64,000 nucleotides of DNA from an uncultured Ignavibacteriales bacterium. GTDB taxonomy: Bacteria > Zixibacteria > MSB-5A5 > GN15 > FEB-12. Within the stretch, counting starts at the first letter, position 1. Every line of letters starts with the position of its first letter. Shown here one piece after another: positions 1-9,448 of the stretch. Made by a program: the position numbers and the translations under genes. The notes under the pieces were generated by a model. That model was not told where the DNA came from. It did not search any database and worked only from the letters and a program-made list of their open reading frames with translations. The stretch spans positions 255,068 to 319,067 of the forward strand of contig CAYXJN010000001.1 of assembly GCA_964464605.1 (NCBI GenBank), written 5' to 3'.

Positions 1-444
1 CTGAACCGCTTCAAACTCTATGCATTTCTACGAAAGCTGATTTTATCCAATACCGAAGCGATGGTTGCGGTTCGACTCGATGATCTGAGTGAGCCGCGCC
101 GGGTATCGTTATCCGATTTCGCCTTTAATCTTAAAGCAATTGTTCGCACCGCCCGGCAAAACAATATCCAACCGATTTTGCTTGTCCCGCCGGTTGCTTC
201 TTTGGAAGGCTATTTTACCGGGACGATATCCGATTTTCATTCCCGACACGAACTCTACCAACGGCAAATTATCGATCTGGCCGGAACCGAACAGGTACCG
301 GTTATTAATCTACAGATTCCGTTTGATCAGCATATCGACCTGTTTGACTACGGCCAGGAAGACCCGATTCACTTCAACGCCGCAGGACATAAACTAACAG
401 CAGAAATCCTGGCCGATTCGCTGATTCCGCTCCTTTCCCGCTAA
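1..444 (+). CDS. SGNH/GDSL hydrolase family protein, C-terminal part (5' end outside window)
   Basis: Frame is open from base 1 to TAA 442-444; block V motif DPIHFNAAGH and 'NLKAIV...IQPILLVPP' are typical of SGNH hydrolases. Confidence 0.75.
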   Translation: MNRFKLYAFLRKLILSNTEAMVAVRLDDLSEPRRVSLSDFAFNLKAIVRTARQNNIQPILLVPPVASLEGYFTGTISDFHSRHELYQRQIIDLAGTEQVPVINLQIPFDQHIDLFDYGQEDPIHFNAAGHKLTAEILADSLIPLLSR

Positions 445-500
445 TTACACGCTATTCGATTACCCCTCATGTGTTTTGGAGAAATGCCGACAATCTGACT

Positions 501-1178
501 ATGTATTTCTATAGAGGGTTAAAATCCTGCATTATTCTGGCTTTGTTATTGGGGTTAGTTGTTCCAGTATGGGCTGGTGAAAATGGTTTGTTCGGAACAG
601 TCCTTCGCCCACCGGCAGAAAGCGCTCCGGCGCCGAAAGCTGACCGCTACCGCAGCCGTTCTATCAGCGATCCGACGAAACCGAAAAGCAATTGCAACTG
701 CACCCCGGGGCTGTATTCGGTAGTGTATCTGACTGGAGATAATCTCCCACCACTGACTATCCCAAAAGAAAAACCGAAAATCGCCCAGAAAAACACGATG
801 TTTGAACCTTCCGTGTTAGCCGTACCGGTCGGTTCGACGGTTGAGTTTCCGAACCTCGATCCGTTTTTCCATAACGTATTCTCCTACTCAAAAACCAAAA
901 AGTTCGATCTCGGACGGTACCCCAAAGGAGAATCGGAAACGGTTACGTTCGACAAACCGGGAATCGTGCAGGTCTTCTGCGAAATTCATTATTCGATGCG
1001 CGCATATGTGCATGTGTTGACTACTCCCTTGTTCACCGTCTCCGATGAACGGGGGAACTTTAAAATTCCGAACGTTCCGCAGGGAACCTACACCCTGCAT
1101 GTCTGGCAGGAGAATTTGCCGGAACTGACTCAGCCTTTAAACATTACCGCTGATTCAACCTTTATCGAGATTCAGTAA
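501..1178 (+). CDS. Exported cupredoxin-fold protein with C-terminal carboxypeptidase-regulatory-like beta domain
   Basis: Signal peptide; 'F.P.VL.V.VGSTVEFPN.D..FHNVFS' and C-E-I-H-Y-S-M give type-1 copper ligands H/C/H/M; tail 'SDERGNFKIPNVPQGTYTLHVWQE'. Confidence 0.8.
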   Translation: MYFYRGLKSCIILALLLGLVVPVWAGENGLFGTVLRPPAESAPAPKADRYRSRSISDPTKPKSNCNCTPGLYSVVYLTGDNLPPLTIPKEKPKIAQKNTMFEPSVLAVPVGSTVEFPNLDPFFHNVFSYSKTKKFDLGRYPKGESETVTFDKPGIVQVFCEIHYSMRAYVHVLTTPLFTVSDERGNFKIPNVPQGTYTLHVWQENLPELTQPLNITADSTFIEIQ

Positions 1179-2947
1179 TGCAGCGCACGATGACCCTGAC
1201 AAAGCGGTATCTGTTGTTTGTCGCGGTAATCATTACGGCGTTTGTGGTCGGATCACTGCTTATTACGTCATCCGTTGTTCGCTCCCAATTATCAGCACAG
1301 CTTAAAAGCCGGTTAGACCGCAGCCAGGTTGTTTTAGAACAATACGCCAATGTGCACTACCTGAGCCAGGTACGGGAAATAGAAGCAGTCGCTACCTCCC
1401 CTCGTTTTATCGCGGCGGCATCAACACAGGATTCCGCCACCCTTGCAGAAGAAGCTCCAACCTATCTCGATATTCTCGATGCAGAAATCCTGATAGTTTT
1501 CGACAGGGATGGTAACGCTGTGTTTGCCTCTGATTCGATCGCGCATCGACTGGCGCGGCAAACCTCTACGATGTTCGCGCATCATCAGGAACCGGTCAGT
1601 GTAGCCTATCCGCAAATCGATTCTGAAATGTACGAGGTGTTTTGTCCGGATATTGTCACTGCGGATGGCGTTCCGATCGGGCAGGTTGCTGCGGGCACCC
1701 GGGTTTCCTCATTCCTCGCTGCTGAGCTGCAACGCTTAACTGATTTTGATGTGATTGTCACGCAAGAGAACCAGAGTATCAGCCATACCGCCTCTCCGCT
1801 TGTCACAGCATTACTGAATGAAAAAGAATTCAAACCGGGAACGATGCCGCTTAATACGACAATGTCGATAACGGCACAGAATAACAATCTCTTGCTGCTA
1901 TCACTCCCCGGGCCATACTCCAGTACGATTATTACTTTTGCCGTTTCACTGGATGAACGTATAACGCCGATTATGAAAGAGGTCACGCTCTTTTTGATAT
2001 TGCTTTCTGTCGTCGGTGGTCTTGCGGCAATGGCGGCTATTTTCTGGTATACGCGCGAACGAATCGGCCGTCAGATAAATCAATTAGTCAACGCCACTCA
2101 ACGCATTTCGACCGGTGAACTCGATTTTGAAATCACACCGCAATCTAACGATGATCTCGGTTTTCTGGCAAAGCAGATCGAATCGATGCGTTCAAAATTA
2201 TTATCCGGCCGCGTCGCACTTGAAAATGCGCATGCGGCCAACATTGCTTCCGAACGGCTTGCCGCTGTCGGTAAACTGACGACCGGTATTATCCATGATT
2301 TCAAAAACCCGATGGCGGTCGTGCGCGCCTCTGCGGACATGATCCGCATGAAAAACAACGATAACCCGAAAATTACCGGCTATTGCGATAATATCCACAA
2401 ACAGGTGGATGCAATGGTTGAACTCACCCGCGACGTGCTTGAATACAGCCGCGGCCGCACAAAACTTGACCTCGCGCCGGTTAATCTTGCAGAGTATATC
2501 GCGCAGATTGTCGAGTTTCATATGCCGCAATACCATGAATCGAACATCTGTCTTCAGGTACAGGATAACGCTAATTTCGAATTGACTATCGATCGGGGAC
2601 GTTTAAAACGAGTCTTCGATAACATTCTCAACAACGCCCGTGAAGCCTGCGTCCCCGGTGATGATGTAACCATCCGCTGGCGGCGCCATGATGACGGCCT
2701 CATCCTCGAATTAAGTGACAGTGGGCCGGGGATTCCTTCGGAAATTCTCACTACTCTCTTTGATCCGTTCGTGACCAGCGGAAAAGAAAATGGTACCGGG
2801 TTAGGATTAGCGATTGCGAAAAAGGTAGTTGAAGATCACGGTGCAAAAATTACTGTCACTTCTTCCCCCGGTAACGGCACCACCTTCGCCATACAGTTCC
2901 CGTCCAATCTGGTTCGTACGGCGGCTCCAGAATCGATTAGCGTGTAA
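1178..2947 (+). CDS. Membrane sensor histidine kinase (2 TM, periplasmic sensor, HAMP, HisKA, HATPase)
   Basis: H-box IIHDFKNPM, N-box NILNNA, G1 DSGPGI, F-box LFDPFVT, G2 GTGLGL; start overlaps upstream stop (TAATG). Confidence 0.95.
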   Translation: MQRTMTLTKRYLLFVAVIITAFVVGSLLITSSVVRSQLSAQLKSRLDRSQVVLEQYANVHYLSQVREIEAVATSPRFIAAASTQDSATLAEEAPTYLDILDAEILIVFDRDGNAVFASDSIAHRLARQTSTMFAHHQEPVSVAYPQIDSEMYEVFCPDIVTADGVPIGQVAAGTRVSSFLAAELQRLTDFDVIVTQENQSISHTASPLVTALLNEKEFKPGTMPLNTTMSITAQNNNLLLLSLPGPYSSTIITFAVSLDERITPIMKEVTLFLILLSVVGGLAAMAAIFWYTRERIGRQINQLVNATQRISTGELDFEITPQSNDDLGFLAKQIESMRSKLLSGRVALENAHAANIASERLAAVGKLTTGIIHDFKNPMAVVRASADMIRMKNNDNPKITGYCDNIHKQVDAMVELTRDVLEYSRGRTKLDLAPVNLAEYIAQIVEFHMPQYHESNICLQVQDNANFELTIDRGRLKRVFDNILNNAREACVPGDDVTIRWRRHDDGLILELSDSGPGIPSEILTTLFDPFVTSGKENGTGLGLAIAKKVVEDHGAKITVTSSPGNGTTFAIQFPSNLVRTAAPESISV

Positions 2948-2958
2948 AGCGAGGAAAC

Positions 2959-4110
2959 ATGCGAACAAAGCTTGGACTTAGTATGTTATTGCTGATATGC
3001 ACGGTGAGCAGTGCCGATGCGCAGGTTAATGTCAGCGGTTCACTTGATCTTATTGCCAAAAAACATCTGGATAAACCGGACTACACGAATCTTTCATTTG
3101 CCGGGCAAAGCCCGTTTCGAACCGCGCGTACCCGTCTTTTTTTTGATGCTCCCATTTCCGATAACGTTTCCGCGTTTGTGCAGCTATTCTCCGACAACTA
3201 TCGCTATTTCTCAGTGTATGCTGCTTATGTCAAAGTCAGCAACCTCGCCGGACCATATTTGAATATTCAGGCCGGCCGTATTCCGAACACCATCGGTTCA
3301 TTCGGACCCCGCACCTATGCCAGCAAGAACCCGCTTATCGGCGTGCCGCTGGTGTGGGTGCACCACTCCTCGTTCGATCCGGGTGCATTGACCGAAGATG
3401 AACTTGGGCATGACGCCACAGTTACCGATCTACTCGCCTTGCGGGATCAACGTCCGTATTACGGCCTTCCGATTCTCTATGATTTCTGCTGGAATTCCGG
3501 TGTGGAGCTTTTCGGTTCATACGGCAAACTCGATTACTCACTCGGCATGTTAGCCGGATCGGTCGGGTCTCCGCTGATCGATCAAACAAAGGAGATTCCG
3601 CAATTCACGACTCACTTGCAATACTATCTCTCTCCCGGTTTTGTTATCGGCGGCTCCGGATTCTGGGGACCGTATTTGACCGGTGTCTACTCCACGTATG
3701 AACCGGATGAATACGACTTCAACGATTACACCAATGGCGGCGCTGGGTACGAAATCTACATAGCACACCATATGCTTGAATTTTATTCCGAAGGGTTCTG
3801 GACATATTGGGAATATCCGTATCTTCCGACTTTGTATGCGGTCTCAGGCTATGCCGAGGCGAAGTATAAATTCACGCCGGGGTGGTACGCCGCCGGACGG
3901 TTCGACATTTTCCGTCCGAATAAAATCGCCGATGATGAAGGCGGCCGTCAGAACTGGGATTATCCGCTTAAGCGCTATGAATTCGGTATAGGCTACAAAC
4001 CGGATCGCTCAGTCACGCTGAAGTTAGTAACACAGATCAATCGCTTTGATTTTAGTGATGCCTTCGATTACGAACAGTATGCCTTACAAATGGCGATTGA
4101 GTTTCAATAA
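2959..4110 (+). CDS. Putative outer-membrane beta-barrel (porin-like) protein
   Basis: Signal peptide ending ADA-Q; aromatic-rich amphipathic strands; C-terminus QYALQMAIEFQ resembles a BAM beta-signal. Confidence 0.7.
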   Translation: MRTKLGLSMLLLICTVSSADAQVNVSGSLDLIAKKHLDKPDYTNLSFAGQSPFRTARTRLFFDAPISDNVSAFVQLFSDNYRYFSVYAAYVKVSNLAGPYLNIQAGRIPNTIGSFGPRTYASKNPLIGVPLVWVHHSSFDPGALTEDELGHDATVTDLLALRDQRPYYGLPILYDFCWNSGVELFGSYGKLDYSLGMLAGSVGSPLIDQTKEIPQFTTHLQYYLSPGFVIGGSGFWGPYLTGVYSTYEPDEYDFNDYTNGGAGYEIYIAHHMLEFYSEGFWTYWEYPYLPTLYAVSGYAEAKYKFTPGWYAAGRFDIFRPNKIADDEGGRQNWDYPLKRYEFGIGYKPDRSVTLKLVTQINRFDFSDAFDYEQYALQMAIEFQ

Positions 4111-4125
4111 TCGGCTGCGACTAAT

Positions 4126-4548
4126 TTACAGCGAGAAGAGCCAGCCGATAATGGCCAATGATCCGGCCATTTTCATGAAATTCCCGAACAGGTAAAAAAG
4201 CAAAAACGGAAGGGGCAGTTTGATTCGGGCGGTCAGGCCGATGGTAATCGGCAGCATCCCGATTGCAAACAACGCCAACGCCGCAGCCATGGCCGGACGA
4301 ACCCCCGCCAACGGAAAAATGACCGCAAAAAATCCATACGCCAAGGTCGGTATAGCAACATAGAACAACAGATCGATCAAATACTGAAGAAAAAAGAGAC
4401 TGACATCTGATTTTTCCATGAACTCTTTAGGTAAACCGGATGAAAATATCGGGAACCGGGCAAATCGTTCGTACAGAAAGCTAACTATCAACACCCATAT
4501 CGCCCCACCCAACAAACTATATACGATAAGTTCCCACGGACCGCTCAT
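4126..4548 (-). CDS. Hypothetical integral membrane protein (about 4 TM)
   Basis: Hydrophobic ORF; ATG overlaps the epimerase stop (ATGA 4545-4548). Confidence 0.7.
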   Translation of the reverse strand: MSGPWELIVYSLLGGAIWVLIVSFLYERFARFPIFSSGLPKEFMEKSDVSLFFLQYLIDLLFYVAIPTLAYGFFAVIFPLAGVRPAMAAALALFAIGMLPITIGLTARIKLPLPFLLFYLFGNFMKMAGSLAIIGWLFSL

Positions 4549-5537
4549 AGCCAACCTTTCTCACGATACCAGGCAAATGTTTCGCGCGCGCCGTTTGGAA
4601 AGGCTATTTCTGATTCAAAGCCAAAATCCCGTTTCGCCTTTTCGGTGGAAACTTCCCACGATGAAAGCAACTCTCCCGCTTTTTCGGGCGTGAGCATCGG
4701 CACTTTCCCGACTAATTTCAACGAACCCTGCGCAATCGCCGCGATAACTTTCAAAAGAAATCCGGGGACAAACAGCGGAACCGCCCACCCGCCGGATGCT
4801 TTCACTAAAAGTTCGACTAATTGTTTGAGCGAGTAGGCTGTTTTCTCGGCGATAAAATAAACTTGTCCGCGCTTGGCATCTTTTTCTATCGCCAACCGTA
4901 CTGCGCGGCAGAGGTCATCAACATGTACCAATTGTATTTTGCGCGAGGTGTCGCCGAGAAACGGCTTGATATGATTGTTCACTGTCTGAAAAAAGGTAAA
5001 TATCTCTTTATCGCCGGGTCCGTACACACCAGCGGGACGAAGCGATACAACATGAAACCGGTCAGCATAACTAAATGCCACTTTTTCTCCGGCCAATTTT
5101 GATTCACCGTAACCGGTGATCGGATTCGGTTCGCCCTCTTCCCGCACCGGAACACCGTTATACGATGGTCCACCTGCTGCCAAGGAAGATATATATACCA
5201 CTTTTTTGACATTCGGATTATGCACGGCAATAGCGGCAAACAGATTCGCCGTTCCAGTTTCGTTCACGGCAAACAACTGCTCTTTGCTGTTCGCTTTTAC
5301 CAACCCGGCATTGTGAATGATGTAATCAACTCCGGAAACCATTGCGGGCAATGAATTGGTGTGAGTGACATCGCCGTAGCGATGTTCGCAGGTAATATCT
5401 GCCAGCAGTTTCAAATCCGCCGTTTTGCGAACGCCGGTGAACACCCGATATCCCTTTTGCGAGAACGCCCGGCATAGGCGTGAGCCGACAAATCCGTTGG
5501 CGCCGGTGATTAAGACAGTTGGACGGGTATCAGACAT
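4545..5537 (-). CDS. NAD-dependent epimerase/dehydratase (extended SDR)
   Basis: TGANGFVG Rossmann motif, HNAG, YGESK catalytic YxxxK, VYGPGD; ATG 5537 chosen from promoter position. Confidence 0.9.
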   Translation of the reverse strand: MSDTRPTVLITGANGFVGSRLCRAFSQKGYRVFTGVRKTADLKLLADITCEHRYGDVTHTNSLPAMVSGVDYIIHNAGLVKANSKEQLFAVNETGTANLFAAIAVHNPNVKKVVYISSLAAGGPSYNGVPVREEGEPNPITGYGESKLAGEKVAFSYADRFHVVSLRPAGVYGPGDKEIFTFFQTVNNHIKPFLGDTSRKIQLVHVDDLCRAVRLAIEKDAKRGQVYFIAEKTAYSLKQLVELLVKASGGWAVPLFVPGFLLKVIAAIAQGSLKLVGKVPMLTPEKAGELLSSWEVSTEKAKRDFGFESEIAFPNGARETFAWYREKGWL

Positions 5538-5543
5538 TTCGCG

Positions 5544-5583
5544 AAGGTATACGATTGTTTTACACGGCACAAGCGGCTACATT
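5544..5583. promoter_or_regulatory. Overlapping divergent sigma70-like promoters, each ending 6 nt before an ATG
   Basis: Plus strand: TTGTTT(5555-60)-N17-TACATT(5578-83)-N6-ATG 5590. Minus strand: TTGTGC(5572-67)-N17-TACCTT(5549-44)-N6-ATG 5537. Confidence 0.5.
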
Positions 5584-5589
5584 TCCGCC

Positions 5590-5940
5590 ATGACTTTCGG
5601 GTTTCGCGTAGTAACCGATGAACAGGGCCGCATTCAGTACAAACAGCGTGACGGCGGAAAAAAGCATTTCCATATTGCTATATTCGTCGATGAACCAACT
5701 GCTACCCTCGACACGATCCGCATGGTCGAATACCAACTCCATGAAACTTTCAAAGAGCCGATTCGGCACAATGATGAGCGCGCTACCAAATTCGAAGAGC
5801 ATTTGTATACCTGGGGAAAGTTCACGATAACGGCAATCGTGCTGTTCACCGATGGCCGCACCGAGAAATTCAGTTTCTATTTGGATTATTCGCTGCCGCC
5901 CGATTACGGACTTAATTATGTACAGGTACCAATAACGTAG
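5590..5940 (+). CDS. Stand-alone prokaryotic YEATS (pYEATS) domain protein
   Basis: 'IRMVEYQLHETFKEPIR...KFEEHLYTWGKFTITAIVLFTDG' matches the YEATS pattern V.Y.LH.TF..P.R and WG.F.I. Confidence 0.75.
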   Translation: MTFGFRVVTDEQGRIQYKQRDGGKKHFHIAIFVDEPTATLDTIRMVEYQLHETFKEPIRHNDERATKFEEHLYTWGKFTITAIVLFTDGRTEKFSFYLDYSLPPDYGLNYVQVPIT

Positions 5941-7392
5941 CTATTCGAAAATCTCGGCTGAGAATCGATAGATTTCGGCATGTTTATCTTTGTAGCTGTT
6001 CTTCGGTAAACCGGCTTTCAGGCAAACTTGTTCAAGGAAATGCGTTTCTGACCAATTTCGCTCAGTCGCCACCTGCGGAAGCAAAAGTCCGGAGTGCATG
6101 TCGAGTTTGATCATCAACCCGTCACGTCCGACTTTGATTTCACTAAAATCATGCACCCGTTCCAGCGTGGAAAGCACTGAGATTTCAAAATGCAGTTTTT
6201 CGAATTCTTCTTTCGACAAACTTGGAAACCGGGGATCATCAAAGGCCGCCGCTACTGCCATCTCGGCAACTGATTCATACAAAGGCTGACGCGCTCGAAC
6301 CGTGCCGATACATCCGCGCAGCTCATGACCTATTGAGAGCGTGACAAATACGCCCCGCTTTGCTTCCAACCGTTCCGATTGCATCGGGGTGAACGTATGT
6401 CCTTCGAGCGAAGCTCTGACCGCCTCTTTCGCTATTTGCAGCAGTTGCTTTTTATCTTCGTCAGTCAGCGCCTGTTCTTTTGGCGCATCAGTTGCGGGTT
6501 TCGGTGCAACTTTTGGCTTTGCTGCTTTATTGGTAATTATCGCCGCAGACAAATAGCCAACCACTTCATCATAATCGCCGGTGACTTCAGCTGAAGTCGT
6601 GTAATCCAAAAACTCAACTCGCTCTCCGCCGATTTTGCGGGTCGCCATCATTACTGCAGCCATCGGGCCGCCGCCGCATGCTTCCCCTTTGCCGGATTCA
6701 AGCGTTTCTAAAAGCAGGCTCGGGTCATACTGCTGCACCGCTTTTTGAATCGTGTAATCGAGCGCACGCGCCTCTTTTTCCGAATGAAAATGGGACAAAT
6801 CACTCGATGCCACTAACAATATGCGGCCGGTTTCGGCTTCTTTTGCCAGTACATCACCCAGCGCTCGTGTAGTCGATTCTTCCTGATCCCCCATCACAAT
6901 CGCCACTAATTTGAAATTAGTGCCGAGCACTATTTGCAAGAACGGGAGGTGAACTTCCAGCCCATGTTCCCCGCGCGTACTGCCGCTGGCGTGACCCATG
7001 TTGGAAAGATAAATCGAGGGGTGCACCGCCGCTATTTTTTGCGAAAGCTCTTTGTCGATATTTACCACACCGAGCGGAGTGGCATAGCCATCCCCATTGA
7101 ACACCGAACAGCCACGGAAGAAAACGGTATGCGACGGCGAAATAATCACCACCGTTTCAAATTCTTCTCCTTGCAAAAGCTTGTACGCTTTAGCAGCAAT
7201 TCTTCCTGAATACGGATACCCTGCATGCGGCGCGATAAGGCCGATAGCCCGCCCAGCAATCGGATACCGGTCGACTTCGGCGTATAACCCCGCGACGGTT
7301 TTGGTCAATTCACCCGGTGCTGCCGGATAAAATGACCCCGCCACAGCCGGACGACGGATATCGGGTGCAGGAGTCGGTTTACCTAATTCCAT
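5941..7392 (-). CDS. amrB: AmmeMemoRadiSam system protein B (MEMO1-like) fused to protein A (AMMECR1-like)
   Basis: N-part: RRPAVAGSFYP, PHAGYPYSG, EHGLEVHLPFLQ, SSDLSHF, ACG, VVGY. C-part: GVFVTL, LRGCIGT, DPRF, EISVLS, GLLLPQV, CLKAGL. Confidence 0.92.
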   Translation of the reverse strand: MELGKPTPAPDIRRPAVAGSFYPAAPGELTKTVAGLYAEVDRYPIAGRAIGLIAPHAGYPYSGRIAAKAYKLLQGEEFETVVIISPSHTVFFRGCSVFNGDGYATPLGVVNIDKELSQKIAAVHPSIYLSNMGHASGSTRGEHGLEVHLPFLQIVLGTNFKLVAIVMGDQEESTTRALGDVLAKEAETGRILLVASSDLSHFHSEKEARALDYTIQKAVQQYDPSLLLETLESGKGEACGGGPMAAVMMATRKIGGERVEFLDYTTSAEVTGDYDEVVGYLSAAIITNKAAKPKVAPKPATDAPKEQALTDEDKKQLLQIAKEAVRASLEGHTFTPMQSERLEAKRGVFVTLSIGHELRGCIGTVRARQPLYESVAEMAVAAAFDDPRFPSLSKEEFEKLHFEISVLSTLERVHDFSEIKVGRDGLMIKLDMHSGLLLPQVATERNWSETHFLEQVCLKAGLPKNSYKDKHAEIYRFSAEIFE

Positions 7393-7398
7393 GCGGTC

Positions 7399-7427
7399 AT
7401 GGTAGAGTGAGGTAAGAACATTGTCAA
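7399..7427 (-). promoter_or_regulatory. sigma70-like promoter giving a leaderless amrB-amrA transcript
   Basis: TTGACA-N17-TACCAT-N6-ATG(7392); no Shine-Dalgarno. Confidence 0.6.
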
Positions 7428-7492
7428 CGGGAGAAGTAAATACGTTTTTTAATAACGCGGTGTACGTTACCCACCGCGTATAAACTCATGTA

Positions 7493-8446
7493 TTAATTTG
7501 CCGGCTTACTCGGTATTGGCGCGCTTGCAGGAGCAGTTTTCCGAACACCTTCAACTAATGCTGCCAAAGAAGAAATCATCCCGCTTGCTTCATACGGCAG
7601 GAAAATCTTGTTAGCGGCTCCTTCCGCAAGTTTGGGCATCATCTCAATATATTTGAGCGTAATTACTTTATCATCCGGTTTAGCTTCCTGGATTGCCGAG
7701 AAGACCGACTGAATCGCTTCCGCTTCACCGGCCGCTACCGCAATCTGACGGTACTTTTCCGCATCCGCTTTTTTGCGAACGGATTCAGCATACCCTTCCG
7801 CTTCCAATACCTGCGACAGCTTGCTGCCTTCAGCGCGGGTAATCTGCGCCTGACGGAACGCCTCTGCTTCCAAAATCGTCGCGCGTTTGTCACGTTCCGC
7901 TTTCATCTGCCGGCTCATCGCTTCGGTAATATCTATCGGTGGATCAATACGCTGTAATTCGACGCGATTGACTTTCACGCCCCATTTGTCGGTCGCGCTG
8001 TCTAACACATCACGAAGCTGTTTGTTCACCTGATCACGAGAAGATAAACAGGCATCCAGATCGAGCTCACCGATAACGTTACGCAAATTGGTCTGCGCCA
8101 GTTTAGTTGCGGCCAGAATATAGTTTGAAATTTCGTACCGGCTGCGGAATGGGTCGGTCACCTGCGCGTAAACAATAGCATCGACTTCCACATTCACGTT
8201 ATCTTTGGTAATTACCAACTGCGAAGGAACTTCCAGCACAACTTCTCGCATATCAACTTTGATAACGGAATCAAGAAACGGGAAAATAACATTCAAACCC
8301 GGATCGATAACGCGGTGGAATTTTCCTAACCGTTCCACCAGCCCTTTTTCGAACGGCCGGATAATCCGCACCGACATCGGCAGCAAAATAAACGCGAAAA
8401 TGACTGCGACGATCAGAAATATTATTACCGGATTTATTTGTTCCAT
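7493..8446 (-). CDS. SPFH/Band 7 (stomatin/QmcA-like) protein
   Basis: N-terminal TM, VERLGKF, VITKDNVNVEVDA, QTNLRNVIG, WGVKVNRVE, QMKAERDKRA. Confidence 0.93.
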   Translation of the reverse strand: MEQINPVIIFLIVAVIFAFILLPMSVRIIRPFEKGLVERLGKFHRVIDPGLNVIFPFLDSVIKVDMREVVLEVPSQLVITKDNVNVEVDAIVYAQVTDPFRSRYEISNYILAATKLAQTNLRNVIGELDLDACLSSRDQVNKQLRDVLDSATDKWGVKVNRVELQRIDPPIDITEAMSRQMKAERDKRATILEAEAFRQAQITRAEGSKLSQVLEAEGYAESVRKKADAEKYRQIAVAAGEAEAIQSVFSAIQEAKPDDKVITLKYIEMMPKLAEGAANKIFLPYEASGMISSLAALVEGVRKTAPASAPIPSKPAN

Positions 8447-8461
8447 ATTTTCTCCATTTCC

Positions 8462-8890
8462 TTAATTCACGCGCTCAACATGCACTTTTGTGCCGGATAT
8501 TTTAATCACCCGCACGCTGCTGTTCATCGGGATAGTTTCGGTCGCCGTCGCCGACCAAACTTCCCCTTCAATTTTCACCTGTCCGCTTTCATGTGCGGAG
8601 ATTTCTTTCACCACCACTGCTTTTGCGCCGACAATGTTGTCGATATTCGCTTTTTGCGCATTTGGCTCGGCAACCCGTTTGGCGAAATGCCGGGTTAAGG
8701 GGATCAACACGAGCGAAACGATAATAAATATCCCTATTTGCCAGTAATACTCCTGTGGTCCCCAAATCGAATACACCCCTGCCGCAGCTCCCGCCACCGC
8801 GAAGCAGAGAAAGAAAAAGGTCGGCATAGTGATTTCGCCGATTAAGAACAAAACCGCCGCCGCCATCCAAATCCAAAACATTGTGCTCAT
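8462..8890 (-). CDS. NfeD family protein (partner of SPFH protein)
   Basis: Three TM segments then OB-fold 'GQVKIEGEVWSA'; canonical nfeD-SPFH pairing. Confidence 0.9.
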   Translation of the reverse strand: MSTMFWIWMAAAVLFLIGEITMPTFFFLCFAVAGAAAGVYSIWGPQEYYWQIGIFIIVSLVLIPLTRHFAKRVAEPNAQKANIDNIVGAKAVVVKEISAHESGQVKIEGEVWSATATETIPMNSSVRVIKISGTKVHVERVN

Positions 8891-9042
8891 ATGCCTGTTT
8901 TCTCCGTCATTATGGAGGGAACGAAACAGGAACCGGTTTCAACAGTCAACTTAAATTGGGAGACGACGTTTCTTCTATTATGACCCAAAAATCCCATCGA
9001 TACCTCTTGCCTCATTTTGCCAAACTTTACTTATTTACGCCT

Positions 9043-9432
9043 ATGAACACGCTGTTAATCCTCGGAATTGGCGCGTTTGGGCTGGCGATGGGCGCGGCCT
9101 CGGTTCGCGGCTACACCACCAAAATCGAACCCATGTTATGGGTTTTAATCGCCGTAGTTTCGATCATAGTGATAGCCAAATTCGGCGCATCGCATCCGTT
9201 CTGGCACGGTTTTTTGGCCGGGTTGCTGATGGGAACGTTCAATTCCATCATGCAATCTGTTTTCTTCACGCAGTACTTGGCGACTCATCCGCAGGCCGCG
9301 CAGTTTCGTGACCAAATCCCCGGCGGATTGAGCATGCATATTTTCTTTCTTGTCATCGGCCCGGTTATCGGCGCAATCTACGGCACGGTAATTGGATTGC
9401 TCTCAATGTTAGCCACGAAAATTATTAAATAA
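9043..9432 (+). CDS. Hypothetical membrane protein (about 4 TM)
   Basis: Hydrophobic Gly-rich helices; likely start MNTLLILG. Confidence 0.65.
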   Translation: MNTLLILGIGAFGLAMGAASVRGYTTKIEPMLWVLIAVVSIIVIAKFGASHPFWHGFLAGLLMGTFNSIMQSVFFTQYLATHPQAAQFRDQIPGGLSMHIFFLVIGPVIGAIYGTVIGLLSMLATKIIK

Positions 9433-9448
9433 TGCTCTTATAATTTGC

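Noticed and set aside
501..1178. Methylamine utilisation role for the cupredoxin
   Set aside because: No methylamine dehydrogenase or mau genes nearby; the context is signalling
5425..5589. N-terminal extension of the pYEATS ORF
   Set aside because: Overlaps the epimerase on the other strand; promoter position favours ATG 5590
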